Shown in pieces: positions 1 through 12,065 of a DNA stretch of 42,913 nt. The DNA comes from Bacillota bacterium. GTDB lineage: Bacteria; Bacillota; Clostridia; Christensenellales; Aristaeellaceae. The stretch's first letter is position 1, and each line of letters opens with the position of its first letter. The notes below the pieces were generated by a model. The model was not told the origin of the DNA. It worked only from the letters and a program-made list of their open reading frames with translations, and did no database searches. The stretch is from contig WRGP01000254.1 in assembly GCA_009787135.1 (NCBI GenBank), positions 1-42,913 of the forward strand, given 5' to 3'. Made by a program: the position numbers and the translations under genes.

Positions 1-141
1 TGCCTACCTTCGTTCGCAGCCTTCCCTCAAAACTTTGACTGTACTTCTCTTCTTCCTTTTCTCCCTGTATCGTTTTCAAGGATCGAAACGCACATAAAAC
101 AACACGTCATTTGCAAACACCTTCTGCAAAAGCGCCTGATT

Positions 142-170
142 AGAATATCACCAAACCATTTCGTTGTCAA
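142..170 (-). promoter_or_regulatory. Sigma-70/SigA-type promoter firing leftward out of the window (TTGACA-17 nt-TATTCT with TGn extended -10)
   Basis: The reverse complement of 139-172 reads ggTTGACAacgaaatggtttggTGaTATTCTaat. The -35 lies at 165-170, the -10 at 142-147 and the spacer is exactly 17 nt. The downstream minus-strand sequence (about 135 to 1) has no ORF and is purine-rich. It ends in GAAGGTAGGCA at the window edge. Confidence 0.55.
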
Positions 171-206
171 CCCTATTATGCACATTTTTTAAAATAAATT
201 TTTGCT

Positions 207-419
207 GTGGAAATTACATTTGCAGCCAACTTGGACAAGCTTCTCTACAACGCCGAGATTGCACGTGCCGAGTATCGACGGGACTTGGTGGATTTTCGCG
301 AGGGCATCAGCCTGACGACAAAAGAGCGCGATGAACCAGGCGAGATCATCGCGCCACTACTGAAGAGGGCAATTGGTTCTCTCCCTTATGCTATTGAACG
401 CTCTCGGCAGCTTTCATGA
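207..419 (+). CDS. Possible small ORF (70 aa, GTG start) or gene remnant, function unknown
   Basis: Open frame in the ORF track with a codon-like pattern (many G/C-ending codons). It has no Shine-Dalgarno and a GTG start, and it overlaps the 3' end of the convergent 391-1140 gene by 29 nt. Confidence 0.25.
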   Translation: MEITFAANLDKLLYNAEIARAEYRRDLVDFREGISLTTKERDEPGEIIAPLLKRAIGSLPYAIERSRQLS

Positions 420-1140
420 GCTCATCCATGCGAAAGTCTTCTGTAAAGAAGGCGTATCGAGGCGTCATGCCACCCTCGGCCTTTAGCATTATGGCCAACT
501 CAACATCCTCCCGAGTATATAAATATATCTGACAGATGTGCTGCTTGCCATATTGTTGAGTATTCGTATCATATTCTCGCGTGAGCATAAACCCATTTTC
601 TTTGGACTCATAATAATCTGGCATGGTCAACAAAATACTTTGGGCAACGCGATCATTGGGCGTAAACGACAGTATGAGCGAAATGCATTTGTCATTTTCC
701 GTTTCATATAGTAGAGTTACTTCCGTAAAAGTACGTGTTAATTCCTCATATTCTTCAGGTGAGAGTGTTTCATATTCAGAACGCCCATAGTCACCTTCAA
801 ATATCCATTCAGGCTCTTTTCCGACAGGATGATCACTATCTCCCGTCAGGGTTATTGTAGTAGGTTCTGTCTGGCCGCCAAAGTCAGCGGGGAATTCTGT
901 GGGCAGCCGTAGTTCAAGCCCACGAGCGGAGAGGTATTGTTTTAGTTCATCAATAGAAATATTCGCGGTTGCGATGGTACCAGAGAATTTTCCGTCAGGA
1001 GGGGAATAAGAACTAACTTTGACTCTGCTCCTATCAATCGCTTCATCTGCCACAGAAGCACCCATAAAGGGTAAAGCGGTCAGTGTAAGCACCACGGCTA
1101 GCGCTGCAGCAAATATAGATTTAGCAGGATTTTTTTTCAT
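391..1140 (-). CDS. Secreted protein of unknown function (N-terminal signal peptide), encoded in an AT-rich patch
   Basis: ORF 391-1176, trimmed to the ATG at 1140 (MKKNPAKSIFAAALAVVLTLTALPFMGASVADE...). GGAGG lies 5 nt upstream. The N-terminus is basic, followed by a hydrophobic core and a small-residue cleavage-type site. There is no lipobox Cys. I recognised no conserved catalytic motifs. Confidence 0.75.
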   Translation of the reverse strand: MKKNPAKSIFAAALAVVLTLTALPFMGASVADEAIDRSRVKVSSYSPPDGKFSGTIATANISIDELKQYLSARGLELRLPTEFPADFGGQTEPTTITLTGDSDHPVGKEPEWIFEGDYGRSEYETLSPEEYEELTRTFTEVTLLYETENDKCISLILSFTPNDRVAQSILLTMPDYYESKENGFMLTREYDTNTQQYGKQHICQIYLYTREDVELAIMLKAEGGMTPRYAFFTEDFRMDELMKAAESVQ

Positions 1141-1195
1141 AAAAACCTCCGGTTGTCTTTGCTTTGAATAATACAATTTATAATCACATTGATCC

Positions 1196-4100
1196 TCAAT
1201 ACGCCTCCCGTATTTCCGTATTTTTATACCGCTTCATCCCGGTCCCCGCCGGAATCAACTTTCCGATAATCACATTCTCCTTGAGTCCCACGAGCGGATC
1301 GCTCTTGCCCTTGATGGCCGCCTCGGTCAGCACGCGCGTGGTTTCCTGGAACGAACAGGCGGACAGGAAGCTCTCCGTGGCCAGCGTGGCCTTGGTGATG
1401 CCCAGCAGCACGCGCTTCGCGACGGCCGGGCGGCCGCCCGCGAGGATCGTGTCCTCGTTTTCGCGCTCAAAGCGAAAGATATCCACGAGCGCGCCGGGGA
1501 GCAGGCTGGTGTCGCCGGCGTCCTCAATGCGGACCTTGCGCAGCATCTGCTTGACGATGACCTCAATGTGCTTGTCGGCGATATCAACGCCCTGCTGGCG
1601 GTAAACGGTAACGACTTCCTTGAGCAGGTATTCCTGCACGGCCTTGACGCCCAGAATGCGGAGCAGGTCGTGCGGGTTGATCGCGCCCTCGATAAGCTCG
1701 GCGCCGGCGACGACCTCGTCGCCCTCCTGCACCTTCAGGCGGCTTCCGTAGTTGATGGGGTAGGTTTTCACCTCGCCATCCTCGCCGGCGATGATGATCT
1801 CACGCTTTTTCTTCGTCTCGCCAATGCGCACCGTGCCGCTGATCTCCGACAGCGTGGCGTCGCGCTTGGGCTTGCGCGCCTCAAAGAGCTCTTCCACGCG
1901 GGGCAAGCCCTGCGTAATGTCCTCATCGGAAGCGACGCCGCCGGTGTGGAAGGTGCGCATGGTCAGCTGCGTGCCGGGCTCGCCGATAGACTGCGCCGCG
2001 ATGACGCCAATGGCCTCGCCAATGTCTACCGGATCCCCGGTGGCCAGGTTCGCGCCATAGCACTTGGCGCACACGCCCGTTTCGTTGCGGCAGGTCAGCA
2101 CGGACCGGATGGAGACGCTCTCGAGGGAGGAGGCGCCGATGCGCTCGGCGGCGTCATGGCCAATCATCTCATTGGCCGGGACGATAATCTCGCCCGTATC
2201 GGGATCGACGATATCCTCTGCCGCGTGCCGGCCGATGATGCGGTCCTCCATCTGCTCGATCTCTTCCTCATCCGGTTTGGCCCGGTTGACGACGATGCCG
2301 CGAACAGGCTCGCGGCGCGTCTCAAAGCAGTCGACCTCGCGGATGATGAGCTCCTGCGCGACCTCCACAAGGCGGCGGGTGAGGTACCCGGAGTCCGCCG
2401 TGCGTAGGGCCGTGTCCGCCAAAGACTTGCGCGATCCGTGCGTGGACTGGAAGAACTCCAAGACCGTCAGACCCTCTTTAAAGTTGGCGCGGATGGGCAG
2501 CTCGATAACCTTGCCGGAGGGGGAGGCCATCAGGCCGCGCATGCCCGCCAGCTGGGAAACCTGGCTGATGGAACCGCGGGCCGAGGAATCGGTCATCATG
2601 CGGACCGGGTTGAACTCGGAGAGGCCGGGCAGGATCATGCCGCGCAGATCATTGGTGGTGTTCTGCCAGATCTCCGTAACCTTTTTATACCGCTCGTCGT
2701 CGGAGAGGAGGCCGTCCCGGTAGGCCTGCTGGATGACGTTGACCTTTTTGTCCGCGTCGGCAAGCATTTCCTTCTTCTTCGCGGGCACGACAATGTCCGA
2801 CACGGACACGGTCACCGCGCCGCGCGTGGAGTAGGTAAAGCCAAGGCGCTTGATGTTGTCGAGCACCTCGGCGGTCTTGGTGACGCCGTGCTTACGGTAG
2901 CATAGATCCACGATTCTGCCAAGCAGCTTCTTGGCGACCTTTTCGTCGATCTCCAGCGCGAAGGCCTGCTCCAGCGTGCCGCGGGGCTGAAAGCCGATGT
3001 CCTGCGGGATAGCTTCATTAAACAGCAAACGGCCCAGGGTCGTTTCAATGATGCGGTGGTACGCCTGCCCCTCGAATTCACGCTCAATGCGGACATGAAT
3101 CTTAGACTGCAGCGCAAGGTAGTGCGCGTTATAAGCCATAAGCGCCTCGTCCATGGACGAGAAATATTTGCCCTCGCCAAGACCGCCTTCCCGCGCGACA
3201 GTGAGATAATAGCAGCCGATGACCATGTCCTGCGTGGGGCTGACCACGGGCTTGCCGTCTTGCGGCTTGAGAATGTTGTTGGCGGCAAGCATCAGGAAAC
3301 GCGCTTCCGCCTGCGCCTCCATAGACAGCGGCACGTGCACGGCCATCTGGTCGCCGTCAAAGTCAGCGTTGTAGGCTGTGCAGACGAGCGGGTGGATTTT
3401 GAGCGCCTTGCCCTCCACGAGCACGGGCTCGAACGCCTGAATGCCCAGGCGGTGCAGGGTCGGCGCGCGGTTGAGCAACACGGGGTGCTCGCGGATGACG
3501 CCCTCCAGAATATCCCATACCTCGGGCTTTACGCGCTCGACCATGCGCTTGGCGCTCTTGACATTATGCGCGAAGCCGCCCGAGACGAGCTTCTCCATCA
3601 CGAAGGGCTTGAACAGCTCAATGGCCATTTCCTTGGGCAGGCCGCACTGGTACAGCTTGAGTTCTGGCCCCACCACGATCACCGAGCGGCCCGAATAGTC
3701 CACGCGCTTGCCCAGCAGATTCTGGCGGAAGCGCCCCTGTTTGCCGCGCAGCAGATCGGACAGCGATTTGAGCGGGCGGTTGCCAGGGCCGGTCACCGCG
3801 CGGCCGCGGCGGCCATTGTCAATGAGCGCGTCAACCGCCTCTTGCAGCATGCGCTTTTCATTGCGGACGATAATATCAGGCGCGCCAAGCTCGAGCAGCC
3901 GCTTTAAGCGGTTGTTGCGGTTGATGACGCGGCGGTACAGGTCGTTTAAGTCGCTTGTGGCGAAACGGCCGCCGTCCAGCTGCACCATGGGGCGAAGCTC
4001 CGGCGGGATGACGGGGACAACGTCCAGAATCATCCATTCTGGCCGGTTGCCGCTCTGGCGGAACGCTTCCACGACCTCCAGGCGCTTGACGGCGCGCGCG

Positions 4101-4741
4101 CGCTTTTGCCCCTCGCTTTCGCGGCCGCGCTCTTTTTGAACCAATTCCTCAATTTCAGCGCGCAATTTGGCCGAGAGGTCTTCCAGGTCAATGGACATAA
4201 GCATCTGCTTAACCGCCTCGGCGCCCATGCCCACGCGGAAGCTGCCGTCTCCATACTTGGCGACGCATTCGCGGTATTTTTGGTCCGTAATGAGGTCGTA
4301 CTTCTTAAATTCCTTGATATCGCCGGGATCCAGCACAATAAAAGAAGCGAAATATAGCACCTTTTCCAGCGAGCGGGGGGAGATGTCCAGCAGCATGCCC
4401 ATGCGGGACGGGATACCCTTGAAATACCAAATGTGGCTCACGGGCGCCGCCAGCTGAATGTGGCCCATACGCTCACGCCGCACCTTGGCGCGCGTGACCT
4501 CCACGCCGCACTTGTCGCAGATAACGCCCTTGTAGCGCACGCGCTTGTATTTGCCGCAGTTGCATTCCCAGTCCTTCTGCGGGCCAAAGATGCGCTCGCA
4601 AAAAAGGCCGTCCTTTTCGGGTTTGAGCGTCCGGTAGTTGATGGTCTCCGGCTTTTGCACCTCGCCGCGCGACCAAGACAGAATTTTCTCCGGGGACGCC
4701 ATGCCGATTTGGATGGAATCAAGGTTCGTAAGTTCAAACAA
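1196..4741 (-). CDS. rpoC: DNA-directed RNA polymerase subunit beta'
   Basis: Unmistakable RpoC sequence: [20 protein letters not shown], the Zn-finger [23 protein letters not shown] and the catalytic NADFDGD motif. The track ORF extends to 4972, but that Pro/Gly-rich extension is translated spacer. The likely start is TTG at 4741 (giving [13 protein letters not shown], as in homologues), 10 nt after AGGAAGGA. GTG at 4750 is the alternative. Confidence 0.97.
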   Translation of the reverse strand: MFELTNLDSIQIGMASPEKILSWSRGEVQKPETINYRTLKPEKDGLFCERIFGPQKDWECNCGKYKRVRYKGVICDKCGVEVTRAKVRRERMGHIQLAAPVSHIWYFKGIPSRMGMLLDISPRSLEKVLYFASFIVLDPGDIKEFKKYDLITDQKYRECVAKYGDGSFRVGMGAEAVKQMLMSIDLEDLSAKLRAEIEELVQKERGRESEGQKRARAVKRLEVVEAFRQSGNRPEWMILDVVPVIPPELRPMVQLDGGRFATSDLNDLYRRVINRNNRLKRLLELGAPDIIVRNEKRMLQEAVDALIDNGRRGRAVTGPGNRPLKSLSDLLRGKQGRFRQNLLGKRVDYSGRSVIVVGPELKLYQCGLPKEMAIELFKPFVMEKLVSGGFAHNVKSAKRMVERVKPEVWDILEGVIREHPVLLNRAPTLHRLGIQAFEPVLVEGKALKIHPLVCTAYNADFDGDQMAVHVPLSMEAQAEARFLMLAANNILKPQDGKPVVSPTQDMVIGCYYLTVAREGGLGEGKYFSSMDEALMAYNAHYLALQSKIHVRIEREFEGQAYHRIIETTLGRLLFNEAIPQDIGFQPRGTLEQAFALEIDEKVAKKLLGRIVDLCYRKHGVTKTAEVLDNIKRLGFTYSTRGAVTVSVSDIVVPAKKKEMLADADKKVNVIQQAYRDGLLSDDERYKKVTEIWQNTTNDLRGMILPGLSEFNPVRMMTDSSARGSISQVSQLAGMRGLMASPSGKVIELPIRANFKEGLTVLEFFQSTHGSRKSLADTALRTADSGYLTRRLVEVAQELIIREVDCFETRREPVRGIVVNRAKPDEEEIEQMEDRIIGRHAAEDIVDPDTGEIIVPANEMIGHDAAERIGASSLESVSIRSVLTCRNETGVCAKCYGANLATGDPVDIGEAIGVIAAQSIGEPGTQLTMRTFHTGGVASDEDITQGLPRVEELFEARKPKRDATLSEISGTVRIGETKKKREIIIAGEDGEVKTYPINYGSRLKVQEGDEVVAGAELIEGAINPHDLLRILGVKAVQEYLLKEVVTVYRQQGVDIADKHIEVIVKQMLRKVRIEDAGDTSLLPGALVDIFRFERENEDTILAGGRPAVAKRVLLGITKATLATESFLSACSFQETTRVLTEAAIKGKSDPLVGLKENVIIGKLIPAGTGMKRYKNTEIREAY

Positions 4742-4763
4742 TAGGGACACATCCTTCCTGCGA

Positions 4764-4810
4764 GGGTTGAGGGGAGGGGGGCACGGGGGAACGGGAGGGA
4801 CGCCCGGGGG
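4764..4810 (+). other. Run of seven G3-6 tracts (potential G-quadruplex) on the template strand just upstream of the rpoC start. The mRNA complement is a C-rich tract.
   Basis: The plus strand reads GGGttgaGGGGaGGGGGGcacGGGGGaacGGGaGGGacgcccGGGGG. This satisfies the (G3+ N1-7)x4 pattern several times over. Confidence 0.5.
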
Positions 4811-5085
4811 CGCCGCCCCCAGGACCCCTGCCAGGGGACTTTCCGTATTCCGGTATTGCCGCGCCGCTCCGGCGGCGCTCTGTGCCGAAAGAAACCTCCG
4901 CCGTTTTTGATTCCGCCACAGGGGGGAAAAACGGCCCCGGTTCCCTGGACCCCTTTCGTTGCCTGAAGGCAAGGGTTAGGGGAAAAGAAATGGTTTCCCG
5001 CCGTGAGGCGAAAAAAGGGTTTTTCGGGGATACTTCCCCCTACGCGGGGGGCCAGGGAGTCATGCCCCCCGGCGTTCTCCCACGC

Positions 5086-8769
<3,684 letters not shown>

Positions 8770-8810
8770 CACCCCACATTCCAAACAATTCCATGAGCAT
8801 AGCGCGCAAC

Positions 8811-8846
8811 AGCCCTACCCAAGATTTTGAATCAAATCTTAGGGCT
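8811..8846 (-). promoter_or_regulatory. Stem-loop in the predicted rpoB 5' leader (13 bp in two helices, 4-nt bulge, 6-nt loop)
   Basis: The sequence agccct-accc-aagattt-tgaatc-aaatctt-agggct has perfectly complementary arms (agccct/agggct and aagattt/aaatctt). It lies between the predicted -10 (8871-8876) and the rpoB start. Confidence 0.5.
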
Positions 8847-8870
8847 ATAGTCATACTGATGCAAGTTAGC

Positions 8871-8899
8871 AGTATATCGCATCTATGCAACCCTGTCAA
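8871..8899 (-). promoter_or_regulatory. Predicted rpoBC promoter (TTGACA-17 nt-TATACT)
   Basis: The reverse complement of 8865-8902 reads ccgTTGACAgggttgcatagatgcgaTATACTgctaac. It sits about 100 nt upstream of the rpoB start codon. Confidence 0.65.
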
Positions 8900-8904
8900 C
8901 GGTT

Positions 8905-8946
8905 ATTTTATGGGCGCCGCAAATTTTATGGGCGATTTTATGGGCG
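8905..8946. repeat. Three direct copies of the 12-mer ATTTTATGGGCG (8905-8916, 8923-8934, 8935-8946), immediately upstream of the rpoB -35 box
   Basis: Exact 12/12 copies read directly from the sequence. On the rpoB strand they read CGCCCATAAAAT x3 and end 6 nt before TTGACA. Confidence 0.9.
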
Positions 8947-9101
8947 AGGGGCAGGGATTGGGACAAAGCGCGAATCGGCCGCAAACCGATCCCCGCGCGC
9001 GGAGACCGCCTGCGGCCGCCCGCGCTGTGCGGCGCACGGCCTGTGTTGTGGGTCCGCATAATGCGGGGACGGCCTGTAGCCGTCACTTGCGCGCCCGTTA
9101 G

Positions 9102-10058
9102 TTAGTACATCTTTACAATCTCGACGTTCTGGAAATACCGCAGGACGATTTCCTGAGCCGGCATGCCGCCGTCCGCCAGCGCGTACGCGCCCCACTGGCT
9201 CATGCCCACGCCGTGGCCAAAGCCTTTGCCGGCCATCGCTACCTTGCCGTTTTCCAGCTTGATATCGGTCAGCAGCGTGGAGCGCATCCGCACACTGCCA
9301 ATGGCGATGCGAAAATCGGGGGCGTTCACCTTTTGGTTGCCCAGCTTGAGGGTAACGGCGCGCCCTGACTCCCCCACGTCGCCAACCGCGGCCACGTCGA
9401 GTGTGCTGATGGTATAGCCCGCGGTTTTCGCGGCGGCGATGACCTCGTCGGCGGAGAAGGTGGCGGTCCACGCGGCGGCGTCCGGCGCGGCGGAGTCGTT
9501 CTCATGCCCGTCCGCGACACGGGTGTAGTTCGGCTCGCCTTCTTTCCAGTTCAAGCCCTCCCTGGCGTGTTCCGTCTTGCCGCCGGAGTGCGCGTGGAAC
9601 CACGCGTAAGGCAGCTCGGCGTTGGAGGAAAGCACAAGGCCGCGGGTCTCCTCCACCGCCTTACGGATACGGTCGTTCACGGAAGCGGCGTCATAGGCCT
9701 GCGCCTCCTCGACATCCGTAGAGATATCCGCGCCCTGGTAAGCAGACTCTTTTTCCGTCATAAACTTGAGGACAAAGGTACGGGCAAGAATGGCCTGCGC
9801 CTTGAGCGCTTCCATGGGCCAGTCATTTTTCATCTCCCCCGCGAGCACGCCGCAGAGGTATTCCTCCAGCGTCATTTTCTCTACGCTTTCCTTCTCCACG
9901 ACATAGACTTCCAGCACGGGGACACCGTCCTCAAACGTATCGATCTTATCGGGCATGGGCGGCAGGTTCCCACTCCCGGGATTGGCCGCGCGGGCGCAGC
10001 CTGTGACGGCCGCCGCGAGCAGCAGGCAGGCAAGAACAAGGCGCAATTGTTTGGACAT
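9102..10058 (-). CDS. spoIID: SpoIID/LytB-domain protein (stage II sporulation protein D-like lytic transglycosylase), lipoprotein-type N-terminus
   Basis: SpoIID family signatures are present: LKAQAILARTF, FHAHSGGKTE and GHGVGMSQWGAYALA. The signal peptide has a Cys (LLAAAVTGC). ATG at 10058 is preceded by GGAGG with an 8-nt spacing. The track start at 10073 is a TTG further upstream. Confidence 0.88.
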   Translation of the reverse strand: MSKQLRLVLACLLLAAAVTGCARAANPGSGNLPPMPDKIDTFEDGVPVLEVYVVEKESVEKMTLEEYLCGVLAGEMKNDWPMEALKAQAILARTFVLKFMTEKESAYQGADISTDVEEAQAYDAASVNDRIRKAVEETRGLVLSSNAELPYAWFHAHSGGKTEHAREGLNWKEGEPNYTRVADGHENDSAAPDAAAWTATFSADEVIAAAKTAGYTISTLDVAAVGDVGESGRAVTLKLGNQKVNAPDFRIAIGSVRMRSTLLTDIKLENGKVAMAGKGFGHGVGMSQWGAYALADGGMPAQEIVLRYFQNVEIVKMY

Positions 10059-10148
10059 GAAAGATGCCTCCAACCATTTTTGTTTTAGGTTTTACAAAAG
10101 ATTCAAAAATATGTACGCGGAAAACGACAAATTATTGAAAGAAGAACA

Positions 10149-10177
10149 TTGCAAATTGTTTCCAATTGAATTATGAT
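10149..10177 (+). promoter_or_regulatory. Predicted promoter of the hydro-lyase/glutamate mutase cluster (TTGCAA-17 nt-TATGAT)
   Basis: Reads acaTTGCAAattgtttccaattgaatTATGATcat, within the AT-rich divergent spacer between spoIID and 10222. The spacer contains two CAATTG palindromes. Confidence 0.45.
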
Positions 10178-10221
10178 CATAAACAAAGAGAAAAGCATAG
10201 TCGTCAAAGGAGAGGTGGTTC

Positions 10222-11067
10222 ATGCGGGAAGTTGCGGCAGAGGCGGTCGCCTGCGAGGTGGAGCGCCTGTTTTTACATGCCAGCTACGCGATTGGCGAGG
10301 ATGTGGAGGCCGCGGTGCGAAGCGGCTTGGAACGGGAGACATCTCCGGCGGGCTGTGCGGCGCTTCGGCAGATTGCGGAGAACTACCGCATCGCGCGGGA
10401 GGAGCGGGTGGCCATATGCCAGGACACAGGCATGGCCGTGGTGTTCGCCGACGTTGGGCAGGACGTGCATATTGTGAGCGGCGGCTTTGAGGATGCCGTA
10501 AACGAAGGCGTGCGCCGCGCGTATACGGGCGGGTATTTGCGAAAGTCCGTGGTGGCGGAGCCGCTGTTTGACAGAGTGAATACGAAGGATAACACCCCCG
10601 CGGTGCTGCATGCGCGCATCGTGCCGGGGGACAAGCTTCGCCTGCTGGTGGTGCCCAAGGGCTTTGGAAGCGAGAACATGAGCCGCGTGAAGATGCTGAC
10701 GCCGGCAGACGGCGTGGAGGGCGTGAAACGGTTTGTTATCGAGACCGTGACGGAGGCGGGGCCTAACCCTTGCCCGCCCGTGATTGTGGGCGTGGGCATC
10801 GGCGGCACGATGGAAATGGCCGCGCTCATGGCCAAGCGGCAGACGGCCCGGCCGGTGGGCAGCCGCCACGCGGACGCGCGGTACGCCGGCCTGGAGGAGG
10901 AGATGCTCGCGGCCGTCAACCGCTCGGGCGTGGGCCCGGCAGGCACGGGCGGGCGGGTGACCGCGCTGGCGGTGCATGCGGAGTATTATCCCACGCACAT
11001 CGCGGGTCTGCCCGTGGCGGTGAACGTATGCTGCCACGCGGCGCGGCACGCGGAAGGGGTGCTGTGA
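10222..11067 (+). CDS. Fe-S type hydro-lyase alpha subunit (class I fumarate hydratase / tartrate dehydratase TtdA family); probable mesaconase large subunit by context
   Basis: 281 aa with the family-typical N-terminal region (...ICQDTGMAVVF...VVPKGFGSENMS...). The RBS is AAGGAGAGGTGG. It lies directly upstream of the beta subunit and the glutamate mutase genes. Confidence 0.85.
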   Translation: MREVAAEAVACEVERLFLHASYAIGEDVEAAVRSGLERETSPAGCAALRQIAENYRIAREERVAICQDTGMAVVFADVGQDVHIVSGGFEDAVNEGVRRAYTGGYLRKSVVAEPLFDRVNTKDNTPAVLHARIVPGDKLRLLVVPKGFGSENMSRVKMLTPADGVEGVKRFVIETVTEAGPNPCPPVIVGVGIGGTMEMAALMAKRQTARPVGSRHADARYAGLEEEMLAAVNRSGVGPAGTGGRVTALAVHAEYYPTHIAGLPVAVNVCCHAARHAEGVL

Positions 11068-11069
11068 TT

Positions 11070-11621
11070 ATGAAAAAGTTGACGCTGCCGCTCTCGAAGG
11101 AAGCGGCGCTGTCGCTCAGGGCCGGGGATACGGTGCTGTTGACGGGCGCGGTGTATACGGGGCGCGACGCGGCGCACAAGCGGCTGGTGGCTTTGCTGGA
11201 GGCAGGAAGGCCGCTTCCCTTTGAAATCGCGGGAGAGACGATCTATTACGTGGGGCCCGCCCCGGCCCGGCCTGGCGGCGTGGTGGGTCCGGCGGGGCCG
11301 ACGACCAGCTGCCGCATGGACGCGTACACGCCGCCGCTATTGAGCATGGGCCTTCGCGCGATGATCGGCAAGGGGAGTAGGTCCCGGGCGGTGATCGACG
11401 CGATGAAGGCGGCGGGGGCCGTATACTTTGGCGCGACGGGTGGCGCGGCGGCGCTCATCGCCAGGGCGGTGAAGAAGGCGGAGGTAATCTGCTATGAAGA
11501 TTTGGGCGCGGAGGCTGTGCACCGCTTTGCGGTGGAGGACTTTCCCGCGGTGGTGTTAATCGACACGCTGGGAAACAACCTCTACGAAACAGGCCCGGCG
11601 GCATACCGCGCTGAGGAATAG
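11070..11621 (+). CDS. Fe-S type hydro-lyase beta subunit (FumA C-terminal/TtdB family); probable mesaconase small subunit by context
   Basis: The frame of ORF 10770-11621 was trimmed to ATG 11070 (MKKLTLPLS...), 2 nt after the alpha-subunit stop. The swivel-domain-like sequence GAVYTGRDAAHKRL...YYVGPAP...GPTTSCRMD...MIGKG is typical of TtdB/FumA-C. Confidence 0.85.
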   Translation: MKKLTLPLSKEAALSLRAGDTVLLTGAVYTGRDAAHKRLVALLEAGRPLPFEIAGETIYYVGPAPARPGGVVGPAGPTTSCRMDAYTPPLLSMGLRAMIGKGSRSRAVIDAMKAAGAVYFGATGGAAALIARAVKKAEVICYEDLGAEAVHRFAVEDFPAVVLIDTLGNNLYETGPAAYRAEE

Positions 11622-11645
11622 ACGAAAGCTTGGAGGAAGGTTTTC

Positions 11646-12065
11646 ATGGATAAAAAAACACTGGTCATTGGGGTGATTGGCGCGGATGTACACGCGGTAG
11701 GCATCCAGATTCTCGCGTACGCGTTTGCGGAAGCGGGCTTTGAGGTGATCAACCTGGGCGTCATGGTGTCACAGGAGGAGTATATTGAGGCCGCCATCGA
11801 ATCCGCGGCGGACGCGATTGTCGTCTCGTCGCTCTACGGGCACGGGGAGCTGGACTGCCGGGGGCTGCGTGAAAAGTGCGACGAGGCGGGCCTCACGAAT
11901 ATTTTGCTCTATGTGGGCGGGAATATCGTGGTGGGCAAGCAGCCCTTTGAAGAGGTGGAGAAGCGCTTCCGCGCGATGGGCTTTAGCCGCGTATTCGGCC
12001 CCGGCACGCCGCCCGAGGCGGCCATCGCCGCGCTGAAAGAAGACCTGTACGGTGCGCGGCCATGA
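11646..12065 (+). CDS. glmS: Glutamate mutase (methylaspartate mutase) small subunit S, B12-binding (GlmS/MutS; not glucosamine-6-P synthase)
   Basis: 139 aa with the cobalamin-binding DxHxxG motif (GADVHAVG) and a Rossmann-like layout matching clostridial MutS/GlmS. The RBS is GGAGGAAGG. Confidence 0.93.
   Translation: MDKKTLVIGVIGADVHAVGIQILAYAFAEAGFEVINLGVMVSQEEYIEAAIESAADAIVVSSLYGHGELDCRGLREKCDEAGLTNILLYVGGNIVVGKQPFEEVEKRFRAMGFSRVFGPGTPPEAAIAALKEDLYGARP

Noticed and set aside
4751-4972. N-terminal 74-77 codon extension of the rpoC ORF ([15 protein letters not shown]...[16 protein letters not shown]), which makes it 1258 aa
   Set aside because: The extension is Pro/Gly/Arg-rich low-complexity translation of the GC-rich spacer. 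Homologous RpoC proteins begin at M-FELxN. An AGGAAGGA Shine-Dalgarno sits just before the internal GTG/TTG at 4750/4741.
8793-9101. 102-aa plus-strand ORF in the spoIID-rpoB gap containing a repeated FMG motif
   Set aside because: The FMG repeats are simply the translation of the ATTTTATGGGCG DNA repeats. The rest is Arg/Ala-rich with no RBS. The region is better explained as the rpoB promoter and leader.
10074-10221. Cobalamin riboswitch upstream of the B12-dependent glutamate mutase cluster
   Set aside because: The spacer is only 148 nt including the promoter, is AT-rich, and lacks the conserved B12-box and paired GC-rich helices.
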